A stretch of 63,175 nt of DNA. Origin: an uncultured Methanosarcinales archaeon. Lineage in GTDB: Archaea > Nanobdellota > Nanobdellia > Woesearchaeales > DSVV01. The translations under genes and the position numbers were made by a program. The notes under the pieces were generated by a model that saw only the letters and a list, made by a program, of their open reading frames with translations, ran no database searches and had not been told where the DNA came from. Positions within the stretch are counted from its first letter, which is position 1; every line of letters starts with the position of its first letter. Positions 1 through 8,071 of this stretch are shown here, one piece after another. Where the stretch lies: positions 1 through 63,175 of the forward strand of contig CAYMIF010000004.1 in NCBI GenBank assembly GCA_964390375.1, written 5' to 3'.

Positions 1-60
1 GCGGAACCGATGTGAAACATCGGTGAAGTAGGATAGGATTTCATAATAGCCGTTCAAAAG

Positions 61-174
61 GGCTTCATCCAATAAATGCGTCTGTGCCTAGGGAGGGAAG
101 ATTTATGCAGTAAAGCTTCCCGTGGCCAGGCGAAGCTTGCGCAGCAAGCGGAGTAGTATTTATTGGATGAAGCC
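61..174. mobile_element. MITE-like non-autonomous element (114 bp) with 17-bp terminal inverted repeats and 9-bp target-site duplication
   Basis: GGCTTCATCCAATAAAT (61-77) and its reverse complement ATTTATTGGATGAAGCC (158-174); GTTCAAAAG immediately flanks both sides (52-60, 175-183); no coding capacity. Confidence 0.75.
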
Positions 175-276
175 GTTCAAAAGGCCGCTTTGAAAACATC
201 CAAGCTGCAGGATTTGATAGCACCCGCCCAAATGTTATGGTCTTTTGCTCCAAAAAAGCGTTTGAGAATACAGAAT

Positions 277-810
277 TCAGTAACACACGAGCGTATCGAT
301 CATGTCCTGGAAAAGGTCAGAATGCTCTTCAAAATCTTGTTTCTGCGCAGTATAGGATAATATATAGATCCTGTTGTTCTTCTGCTTCAGAAATTTTCTT
401 TCCTGAAATTCCAGATCATTGTACTTGTATGAAAAAGTCATTGAATAAGCACTATCTCCATCATGAGTTGTATTTGATGAATCCAGAAGTTTTAGATCAG
501 AAGAGATCTGTCTTATGCCTTCCTTTATATGTTCAGCATATTCGAACAGAGGAATAGGTTTAGTTTGCATATCCAGTACAGAGATAGTCACTCTTGCAGG
601 ATATTCACCGCCTGCCTGATCAGTGAATGTCAGGATCTTGTCGCTGCTCACTTCCCAGTTTGTATTGTATCTTATCGAGAAAGTACCCATTGGTTCTTCA
701 TAAAAGCCATCAAGCAGGTCTGAACCCGGCTCTACATCTTCCCATCCACCTTCGCATGAACAAAGCATAAAAGACATAAGTATTATCCCAAACAGCAGTA
801 TTCTCTTCAT
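277..810 (-). CDS. Lipoprotein, PsbP/DcrB-like fold
   Basis: Signal peptide with lipobox-like LCSC; FSIRY-x3-W and IYILSYTA...F...F patterns typical of PsbP/Mog1-like proteins. Confidence 0.6.
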   Translation of the reverse strand: MKRILLFGIILMSFMLCSCEGGWEDVEPGSDLLDGFYEEPMGTFSIRYNTNWEVSSDKILTFTDQAGGEYPARVTISVLDMQTKPIPLFEYAEHIKEGIRQISSDLKLLDSSNTTHDGDSAYSMTFSYKYNDLEFQERKFLKQKNNRIYILSYTAQKQDFEEHSDLFQDMIDTLVCY

Positions 811-890
811 TATATCTCACTTCTTTTTTCCTGCTTTTCTCACAATAATGCAACTAAATAAATGTTTCGGTTTTGGAGGCTTGTAAAATC

Positions 891-3578
891 TTAGGCATCA
901 TTCTCCAGGGAAATATCATCCTCCTCGTCCTCAGATTCCCAGTATTCCTGATAATCAAACTCTTTGAACTGGTCCTTCAGTTTTTTCTTGTCAAGATCCT
1001 TTTTAAGAGCGATCTTGAGGATCACCTGCTTGTGCATGTTCTTCAGAAACTCAACCTTATCCTCGATCTTGATTATATCGGTATAGCTGGATGCGATCAG
1101 GTTGAATGCAAACGGGCTTGGAACCTTTGTGTCGACAAACTCGACCGATACCATGCCTTCCCGTATCATGTCGACCACTGCCTTTGCGTTCATTATGTCC
1201 ATCACATCCTCAAGCACCTCTCGCCGTGCTTCCTTGAGTATCGGAAAATCATTAGAGATTCGCTTCACAGCGCTGTAGAGCTGCCTGGAGCTGACCTGCT
1301 GCCTGCCAACACGCTTGACCCTTCCCAGATAGTTCCGAAAGATCATGAGCGACCTTGTAGCGCAGTGGCGGAACCTGCGCAGCAGCACCTCAGAGCCTTC
1401 GATTGCAAGCTTCAGCACCTCGTCAAGCTCGCTTGTCTTCACGACCTCGAATATCTTCTTTATGTTGAGCGGGCTGTCTGATGCAAGATAGAATCCGTTG
1501 TCATTGATATTGACGTCAATATCACGAAGATGCACACGCGAAGCAGTATAGGCAAATGCCCTGGAAAGCGCATCGTTTGTCCGCCGTCCATACAGGCTGT
1601 GGAATATGTAATGGTTCCTTGTGTCTGCCTTGTAATGCTCGACCAAAAGCTTGCGGTCATGCGGAATCTCGGAGAAATGGTACTGCTCAAAGAAATATTC
1701 ATAGATAGATTCAGCAGCATTCTTGTCCACATAGACAAAATCATGGATGAACCCTATAATCTCCTTCCTTGACCTCTTGTTTCCGAATTTCTCCCACATG
1801 AGCCGCCTGAACCTGCTGATGTCGCATGCCAGATCAAAGCTCAAAGGCAGCATCTCAGACACCCAACGAGGGATGTTTGGAGGCCTTTGTACAGACGCAT
1901 TGACAAAAGCGGTCATCCCGCGGGAGTAGAGGAACTCGTATTTCTCGCCTCCCAGCACAAAAATATCCCCTCGCCGAAGCTTCTCCAAAAAACCCTCGTC
2001 GATCTTTCCGATAGGTTCAGACCCGACCTTGACCGTCACAAAGCTCTCGTCAGGGATAGTGCCGATGTTTGTCATGTAATGAACCCTTGCAAGCTTTCCT
2101 CTTCGGGAAAGCATCCCAGTCTCCTGGTCATAGTATATCTTGGCATAGACCCTCCTGTCTTCCAGGCTTGCATATTCGCCTGAAAGATATCGGATAGTGT
2201 CATTGAACTCCATTATGTCAAGATCATGGAAGCAGTAGCTCTGCCGGATAAGCGAGAAAAGCTCTGTGAGTTTGAATCTCTCGCAGATCACCATTCCGTA
2301 GACCTGTTGGGCAAGGACATCCAGCGCATTTCTTGGGATGTGGATCCTGTCGATCTTGCGTTCAACACCATCCTTCAGAAGCATTGCGCATTCCACAAGG
2401 TCGTCGCGGTCCAGGACAACGATCCTGCCTTTTGTCGTGTCATGAAGCTTATGGCCTGACCTTCCAGTCCTCTGAAGAGCGCGTGCTACAGATTTCGGAG
2501 AACCCAGAAGCACCACCAGGTCGATAAAACCGATGTCAATCCCAAGCTCAAGCGAAGTGCTCGACACAACTACCTTCATCTGGCCCTTCCGAAGCCTGGT
2601 CTCGATCCTGTGCCTCAGCTCTTTAGAGAGCGACCCATGGTGAGCTCCTATGTTTTCTCCATATTTCGAGGGATACAAGAGCTTCAGGTTATCGATGACC
2701 CGTTCTGTCGCTGCACGTGTGTTTGTGAATATAAGGGTTGTCTTATGGCCCTGGATAAGGTTGTGCAGCAGCTCATACATCTTCTGGTTGCGTTCTTCAT
2801 AAGATGAGCTGATAAGATTGGAGACTGGGCTTAGGACCTTTAGGTCCATATCTTTTATGAACTGCACATCCACAAGCCTGCATGGCCGAAGCTTCTTTCC
2901 TTCAAATCCCGCAAGGTACTTCGCCACGTCCTCAAGCGGTGCGACAGTAGCAGAAAGCCCGATCCTGCAAAGCCCAGGGCTCAGTCTCTGCAGCCGCTCC
3001 ATCGTGATGGAAAGATAGACCCCGCGCTTGTTGTCTGCCAATGCATGTATCTCATCGACTATCAGCCACGAGACTCCGTCCAATTTCTCACGGAACTTCT
3101 TCGCGGTCAGGATTATTGCCAAGGACTCAGGTGTCGTGATGAGTATATGCGGAGGTTTCTTCAGCATCTTCGCCCTCTCAGAAGGAGTTGTGTCGCCTGT
3201 CCTGACGCCGACCCTGATCCCGAGCTTCTTCCCGGCTATCTCTTCCATCTGGGAAAGAGGCTCAAGAAGATTGACCTGTATATCATAGTTCAGAGCTTTC
3301 AGAGGCGAGACATACACGCAATACACCCTGTCTTCGAGTATCCCTTTCTCAGAAGAATCAACAAGCTCGTTTAGGATAGAAAGGAATGATGTCAGGGTCT
3401 TGGTCGCTCCTGTCGGAGCAGATATCAAAACGTTGCTTCGTGAATGCACTTCCATAACTCCGCATCTCTGCGGAAGCGAATACTCGCTGAATCTGGAATA
3501 GAACCATTTCCTGACTATCGGATGCAGTATATTGTCCAGTTCTGCCTTCGAGTTCTTTTTCTTCTTGACAACTACCAT
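891..3578 (-). CDS. lhr: ATP-dependent SF2 helicase, archaeal Lhr (Lhr-core)
   Basis: Q motif, APTGATKT, VSPLKAL, TTPESL, DEIH, SAT, HHGSL, SLELGID, QRTGRSGH, C-terminal PSPF; ATG at 3578 chosen over upstream TTG. Confidence 0.9.
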   Translation of the reverse strand: MVVVKKKKNSKAELDNILHPIVRKWFYSRFSEYSLPQRCGVMEVHSRSNVLISAPTGATKTLTSFLSILNELVDSSEKGILEDRVYCVYVSPLKALNYDIQVNLLEPLSQMEEIAGKKLGIRVGVRTGDTTPSERAKMLKKPPHILITTPESLAIILTAKKFREKLDGVSWLIVDEIHALADNKRGVYLSITMERLQRLSPGLCRIGLSATVAPLEDVAKYLAGFEGKKLRPCRLVDVQFIKDMDLKVLSPVSNLISSSYEERNQKMYELLHNLIQGHKTTLIFTNTRAATERVIDNLKLLYPSKYGENIGAHHGSLSKELRHRIETRLRKGQMKVVVSSTSLELGIDIGFIDLVVLLGSPKSVARALQRTGRSGHKLHDTTKGRIVVLDRDDLVECAMLLKDGVERKIDRIHIPRNALDVLAQQVYGMVICERFKLTELFSLIRQSYCFHDLDIMEFNDTIRYLSGEYASLEDRRVYAKIYYDQETGMLSRRGKLARVHYMTNIGTIPDESFVTVKVGSEPIGKIDEGFLEKLRRGDIFVLGGEKYEFLYSRGMTAFVNASVQRPPNIPRWVSEMLPLSFDLACDISRFRRLMWEKFGNKRSRKEIIGFIHDFVYVDKNAAESIYEYFFEQYHFSEIPHDRKLLVEHYKADTRNHYIFHSLYGRRTNDALSRAFAYTASRVHLRDIDVNINDNGFYLASDSPLNIKKIFEVVKTSELDEVLKLAIEGSEVLLRRFRHCATRSLMIFRNYLGRVKRVGRQQVSSRQLYSAVKRISNDFPILKEARREVLEDVMDIMNAKAVVDMIREGMVSVEFVDTKVPSPFAFNLIASSYTDIIKIEDKVEFLKNMHKQVILKIALKKDLDKKKLKDQFKEFDYQEYWESEDEEDDISLENDA

Positions 3579-3663
3579 CAGAAAACGCAAAAACAGGACT
3601 GTGTTTTTAAAGGTTGCTGCATAAATGAGAAAAGTAGGAGAGGATAAAAAGAATTTGATACTT

Positions 3664-3761
3664 AAAAAAAAGCATATCCACGACTTAAGTCATGGGTCTT
3701 TGCTTTTTTTGGTCGAAATCCTCTCAGGAAATTCACGACTTTAGTCGTGAGAGGATTTCAT
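3664..3761. mobile_element. IS200/IS605-family end remnant (two subterminal hairpins, no transposase)
   Basis: CCACGACTTAAGTCATGG (~3678-3695) and GAAATTCACGACTTTAGTCGTGAGAGGATTTCA (~3728-3760) resemble the CACGACTTTAGTCGTG hairpins of IS605-type ends. Confidence 0.55.
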
Positions 3762-3775
3762 TTAAGAAAGAAAAA

Positions 3776-4027
3776 TCACTTCCCATGATGATGCTCTGAT
3801 TCCTCTGAGAGCAGCTCAAGCGCCTTTACCTTCTCAGCGACCTTCAGAAAATCTGAAAGGCTCATCCTTCGTTCAATAGGTATATGCAGGCTGATCCCTT
3901 CACCCAGATCAAGTATCACTCCATCATCGATAGAAGTACGGGAATAGCCTTCATCAATGGATGCCGGCCTTATGTGTCTTTTCGGCGGTTGTGGCGGAAC
4001 AGGTCCGCTTCCTTGTTGTGCTGCCAT
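3776..4027 (-). CDS. Small hypothetical protein
   Basis: 83-aa ORF with GAGGA RBS upstream and TATA-like box at ~4075. Confidence 0.6.
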   Translation of the reverse strand: MAAQQGSGPVPPQPPKRHIRPASIDEGYSRTSIDDGVILDLGEGISLHIPIERRMSLSDFLKVAEKVKALELLSEESEHHHGK

Positions 4028-4230
4028 GTTAGATCCTCTTTTTATCTGCTTATCTGTTATTTAGGTAACTCTGTATTTATAAATATTTCTAATCCGTCTT
4101 ATTATGACCTAATCAAAGAAGGTTTTCATTTAAATAATTTTATTTTCATTCTGCAATAGCAAAAAGGTTTTCAAGGAAGCGTACAAAGACAAAAATCTTT
4201 AATAACATCATCCAATCTCTTCAGAAGGAT

Positions 4231-5268
4231 ATGATTGAGATAGACGGAAAGTTCATGGAAGGTGGCGGGCAGATAGTCAGGACCGCTCTTGCGCTCTCCT
4301 TGGTCTACAAGAAAGCCTTCAGGGTGACAGATATTCGCGCAGGAAGAAAAAATCCCGGCCTAAAGCCGCAGCATCTATCATGCATAAGACTGATCAGGGA
4401 GCTCAGCAACTCCCAGGCAGATGGTGCAGAGGAAGGTTCGACTGAGATGACATTCTATCCAGGCAACCTCAATTCCAGGACAGTTTCTCTTGATGTAGGG
4501 ACTGCCGGATCCCTCACGCTTCTTCTGCAGTCAGTGCTCCCGCCACTCATACATGACCCAAACAGGTACAGGCTGAAGCTGAAAGGAGGAACCGATACAA
4601 GATGGTCCATGCCCATGGATTATTTTTCTGAGATCGTTCTCCCGCAGCTATCCAGGTTCGCTGACCTGACACTGACAACAGAAAGAAGGGGATTCTATCC
4701 AAAGGGCGGTGGAAAAGTCGACCTACTGATCAAGAATAAGCCCATGCAAAAGCCGCTGCAGCTGACATCAAGGCATGAACTTATTGCGATCCGTGGAAGA
4801 GCATTTGCACACACAGACCTGGAAAAGGCGCATGTTGCTGAAAGGATGGCAAAATCAGCCAGAGTATATCTCACTAAGCACAATGTGCCGATCAAGATCG
4901 ACCTTGAATACTCCCAGACTGATTCAGTGGGCTGCGGAATCGTATGCTTCGCGCTTTTTGCGAATGAAAAAGGAGAAGTGGATTCCCAGGATCCGATCAG
5001 GCTTGGCGCAGATATGCTTGGTGAGCCGGGAATACGGTCTGAAGAGGTCGGAAAAAAGTGTGCTGAAAGACTGACAGATGAGATTGAATCCAGCGCACTA
5101 GTAGACCGAAACTGCGCAGACAACCTGATACCCTACCTGATGATCTACGGAGGATCGATGAAGGTCAGCAAAATAACAGACCATACAAGATCCAATATCT
5201 ATGTCTGCGAACGTTTCTCAGAAAGAAGATTCAGAATAAAAGATGATATTATCTCCATAGAGCGATAA
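4231..5268 (+). CDS. rtcA: RNA 3'-terminal phosphate cyclase
   Basis: EGGGQIVRTALALS, IRAGRKNPGLKPQH, GTAGS, GGTD, RGFYPKGGG, H-T-x-SN catalytic His region. Confidence 0.93.
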   Translation: MIEIDGKFMEGGGQIVRTALALSLVYKKAFRVTDIRAGRKNPGLKPQHLSCIRLIRELSNSQADGAEEGSTEMTFYPGNLNSRTVSLDVGTAGSLTLLLQSVLPPLIHDPNRYRLKLKGGTDTRWSMPMDYFSEIVLPQLSRFADLTLTTERRGFYPKGGGKVDLLIKNKPMQKPLQLTSRHELIAIRGRAFAHTDLEKAHVAERMAKSARVYLTKHNVPIKIDLEYSQTDSVGCGIVCFALFANEKGEVDSQDPIRLGADMLGEPGIRSEEVGKKCAERLTDEIESSALVDRNCADNLIPYLMIYGGSMKVSKITDHTRSNIYVCERFSERRFRIKDDIISIER

Positions 5269-5278
5269 GGCGACTTGA

Positions 5279-6400
5279 TCATCTAGTTCCCAAAGCCTCA
5301 TCAATACTTGATTTAAGCTGCATTATCTTGTAATAGAAATCATGTTTCCTAGGGTCATTTTGGTCCAAAGAATCATAATATTTCTTGATAAGCGGCAGGA
5401 CTTTTCTTGCTTCAGAGAACTTCTTGCCCTTGATGTTCTCTGAAAGAAGTAAAAGCAGCCTCTCCATATTTTCATACTTTTTCTGGGTTATATCTTCCAT
5501 ATCTGATTTGATATTAAGCTTTTTTTCATCAGCTTTTTTTTTCTTTTTTGTTTTTTCAGAAAAGAATGGCTTGTCATCAGATTCTTTTGGCTCAAAGCCT
5601 TTTGTATCAGTATCATCGCTTCCGATATGCTGGTCTAGTTCATGTTCTTTCTGCTGAAGCTCCTTGTATTTTTCATAAAGCTCTCTTTCTTTCTTGAAGT
5701 TCTCATGCTCCTTTCGCTCGATCTCTGCCTGTTTCATCGAAAGCCATCTTTTCCTGCGTTCAATCTCCATCTGAAGCTCCTTGTCTTCCTGCTCAACTTC
5801 CTCTTCCACCTTACCGAACAGCCCCAGGAATTTCTTCTTTCTTTTATTCTTCGGTTTCTTCTCTTTCTTATCATCATCAGGTTTCTTTTTCTGAGAATCA
5901 CCAAAAGCAGCATCACCCAGGATCTGCATCTTGATCTCCTTGATTCTTTTTTCTATAGCTTTTGCAGCCTCTTCACGGCTGGTTGATGCAGAAAGAGCAG
6001 ATGCAAGCTTGTCATCCTTGAACATATGCCTGACCCAATCAGCAAAATCATTCTTTTCAGGATTTACATGATGAAAATAGATGATATCATCCATGTCATG
6101 TAAAGCATCATAAAGCTCCTGAAGATTCTTTAGGGATTCTCCAGATTTAAGCCAGAAGGCATGCTCCTTTGGAATATCGCGGAACATCTCCTGGACCTTT
6201 GCACTGTGTTCCCTGTGGCTTGCGATCAGGTTGTCTGCATTCTTCTTCATCTCATCAAGATGTTCGTTCAGGTCCTTCTTATGGATATCCATGAACAGGT
6301 AGTTTGCCTCGATAGGATGCGCCTTCAATGTGAACCCGTCTGGCGCAGGCTTGTTCTTCACAGGTATTCCATCCTCTTTTTTTCTGGAAAATAAACCCAT
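5279..6400 (-). CDS. Coiled-coil protein with DUF5752-like domain
   Basis: HAFWLKSG...NL.EL...HHV...NDFADWV domain; charged coiled coil; C-terminal helical domain shared with two upstream genes. Confidence 0.7.
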   Translation of the reverse strand: MGLFSRKKEDGIPVKNKPAPDGFTLKAHPIEANYLFMDIHKKDLNEHLDEMKKNADNLIASHREHSAKVQEMFRDIPKEHAFWLKSGESLKNLQELYDALHDMDDIIYFHHVNPEKNDFADWVRHMFKDDKLASALSASTSREEAAKAIEKRIKEIKMQILGDAAFGDSQKKKPDDDKKEKKPKNKRKKKFLGLFGKVEEEVEQEDKELQMEIERRKRWLSMKQAEIERKEHENFKKERELYEKYKELQQKEHELDQHIGSDDTDTKGFEPKESDDKPFFSEKTKKKKKADEKKLNIKSDMEDITQKKYENMERLLLLLSENIKGKKFSEARKVLPLIKKYYDSLDQNDPRKHDFYYKIMQLKSSIDEALGTR

Positions 6401-6448
6401 CTTCAAAATCTCTCTGGTTTTGTCTATTTAAATAATTTTGTTGTTACT

Positions 6449-7984
6449 TCACATCGATGAAAGCTCAAGATCAGTCGAAAGCTCAAGCAGATTATAATAG
6501 ATCGTTCTCTTCTGTTTCGAGTTAAGGTCTGCCTTGTCGATATGTTTTTTTAGCTCTTCAATCATGTTCTTAGCCCGCTCGAACTTCTTTTCTTTGATAA
6601 GTTCCCGAGCCTGGCTGATAATGTGCATGAAAACCTCAGGAGAGTATTTGTTCTCAGCCATCATTTTCTTTGCCTGCTCTTTATCAGGTGTCGGTATAGT
6701 GTCGACATCCTTGAGCTTGATTCTTTCCTGCCTCTTCTGATCAGCACCCGAATAATCATTTGCATTGCTCAGTGCGTCAGTAACATCCACATGCTGCGTG
6801 AACTGTCCATTTTGGCCAGGATCATCTGCACTGCCCCCTGCCGGTTCCGGCCCGACTTGACCGGCAATTGTTCCTCCTTTATTATCAGGCAGACCATAGA
6901 CTTCATTGATCTCTTCGGACCTATGCTCTATCTCTTCCTTCTTTTTCTCCAAAGCGACCTCAACATTCTTCAGTTGGGAAAGCTCGTCCTTTATTATTAT
7001 CTCGTTTTCTTTAAGTTTTTTTACTATGTCTTTTTGTTCATCTCTGAGGTTCTTTATCTCTTTTGGTGCGGTTTTTTTGACCTGCTTAACCTCATCCTTA
7101 ATCTCTTCTAGGTCTTCTTCTGTGTCTTCTTTTTTTTCGGTGAGCCTTGAGATCTCTTCTCTTAGCTTCTCTCTTTCATCCACCTCTTCCTGGATCAGTT
7201 TATCTGCTTCAGAAGGGATAAGATGCGCCTCAGGCACCGTTTTACTGTCGAGCTTGAACTTAAAGTCCAGCACTCCGCCTTTCTTTTTGTGCCCTGACCT
7301 GATGAAACCGAAATTTGGCTTGAGTGTGACAGGACGGATGCTGAAATCTTTTTCCAGCACCTTGCTGTTCTTTTTTGCAGGTTTTAGGTCAAATCTGATA
7401 AAAGAGCTGTCCGGCTGAAGCGATATAGTTGGAAGAATCGAAGGGGAATGGTTTTTCATCCTGTCTATATATTGGTCAATCGCCTTGATCATCTCCTTTT
7501 GGTCAGAGCATACATACAGCTCCTTTGCAAGGTCCTTGTTCTTCATGCAGTCCCTGACCCAGTTTGCAAAGTCATTTCTCTCAGGCGTCACATGATGCCG
7601 GAAAAGCACATCCCCGATCATCTTCAGCTCCTCCCGAAGCTCATGTAGATTCTTCAGGGGCTTTCCGGATTTTAGCCAGAATCTGTGGGCAGAGGGTAGG
7701 TCACCGAAAAGCATCTTCGCCTCTTTTATAGAAATAATCTTTGCCTGCTTAGGAAGGCCTGTCGCAGGCTCGACAGTGAGCTTTGCCATCTCCTCTTCCA
7801 TCTCCTGGATAGGGTCCTTTTTGGGATGGCTCCTGGTCTTCTTCGTTGTTTTCCTGGCTGATTTTTTCTTCTTTTTCTTCCTGCTCCGGCTTTTTGAATT
7901 TTTCTTCTTATGCGCAATATTTTCAGGCTTATGACTAGGAGAATGTTTCTTTAGCAACTGATGCAGATCTGGTAATTCATCCAT
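6449..7984 (-). CDS. Coiled-coil protein with DUF5752-like domain
   Basis: HRFWLKSG...NLHEL...HHV...NDFANWV domain paralogous to 5279-6400; basic N-terminus; shared C-terminal domain. Confidence 0.7.
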   Translation of the reverse strand: MDELPDLHQLLKKHSPSHKPENIAHKKKNSKSRSRKKKKKKSARKTTKKTRSHPKKDPIQEMEEEMAKLTVEPATGLPKQAKIISIKEAKMLFGDLPSAHRFWLKSGKPLKNLHELREELKMIGDVLFRHHVTPERNDFANWVRDCMKNKDLAKELYVCSDQKEMIKAIDQYIDRMKNHSPSILPTISLQPDSSFIRFDLKPAKKNSKVLEKDFSIRPVTLKPNFGFIRSGHKKKGGVLDFKFKLDSKTVPEAHLIPSEADKLIQEEVDEREKLREEISRLTEKKEDTEEDLEEIKDEVKQVKKTAPKEIKNLRDEQKDIVKKLKENEIIIKDELSQLKNVEVALEKKKEEIEHRSEEINEVYGLPDNKGGTIAGQVGPEPAGGSADDPGQNGQFTQHVDVTDALSNANDYSGADQKRQERIKLKDVDTIPTPDKEQAKKMMAENKYSPEVFMHIISQARELIKEKKFERAKNMIEELKKHIDKADLNSKQKRTIYYNLLELSTDLELSSM

Positions 7985-8071
7985 CTTTATGATCTCAAAA
8001 AGCTTTAGCCTAAGCTAGGTCAAATGAATCCACTTCTTTTTACCCACCCTCTTTTTCCTGCGCAATGCAGA

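Noticed and set aside
122-152. CCAGG...AGCAA resembling SRP RNA helix 8
   Set aside because: Spacing and loop do not fit CAGG-N3-GNRA-N3-AGCA, and the segment lies inside a TIR/TSD-bounded element
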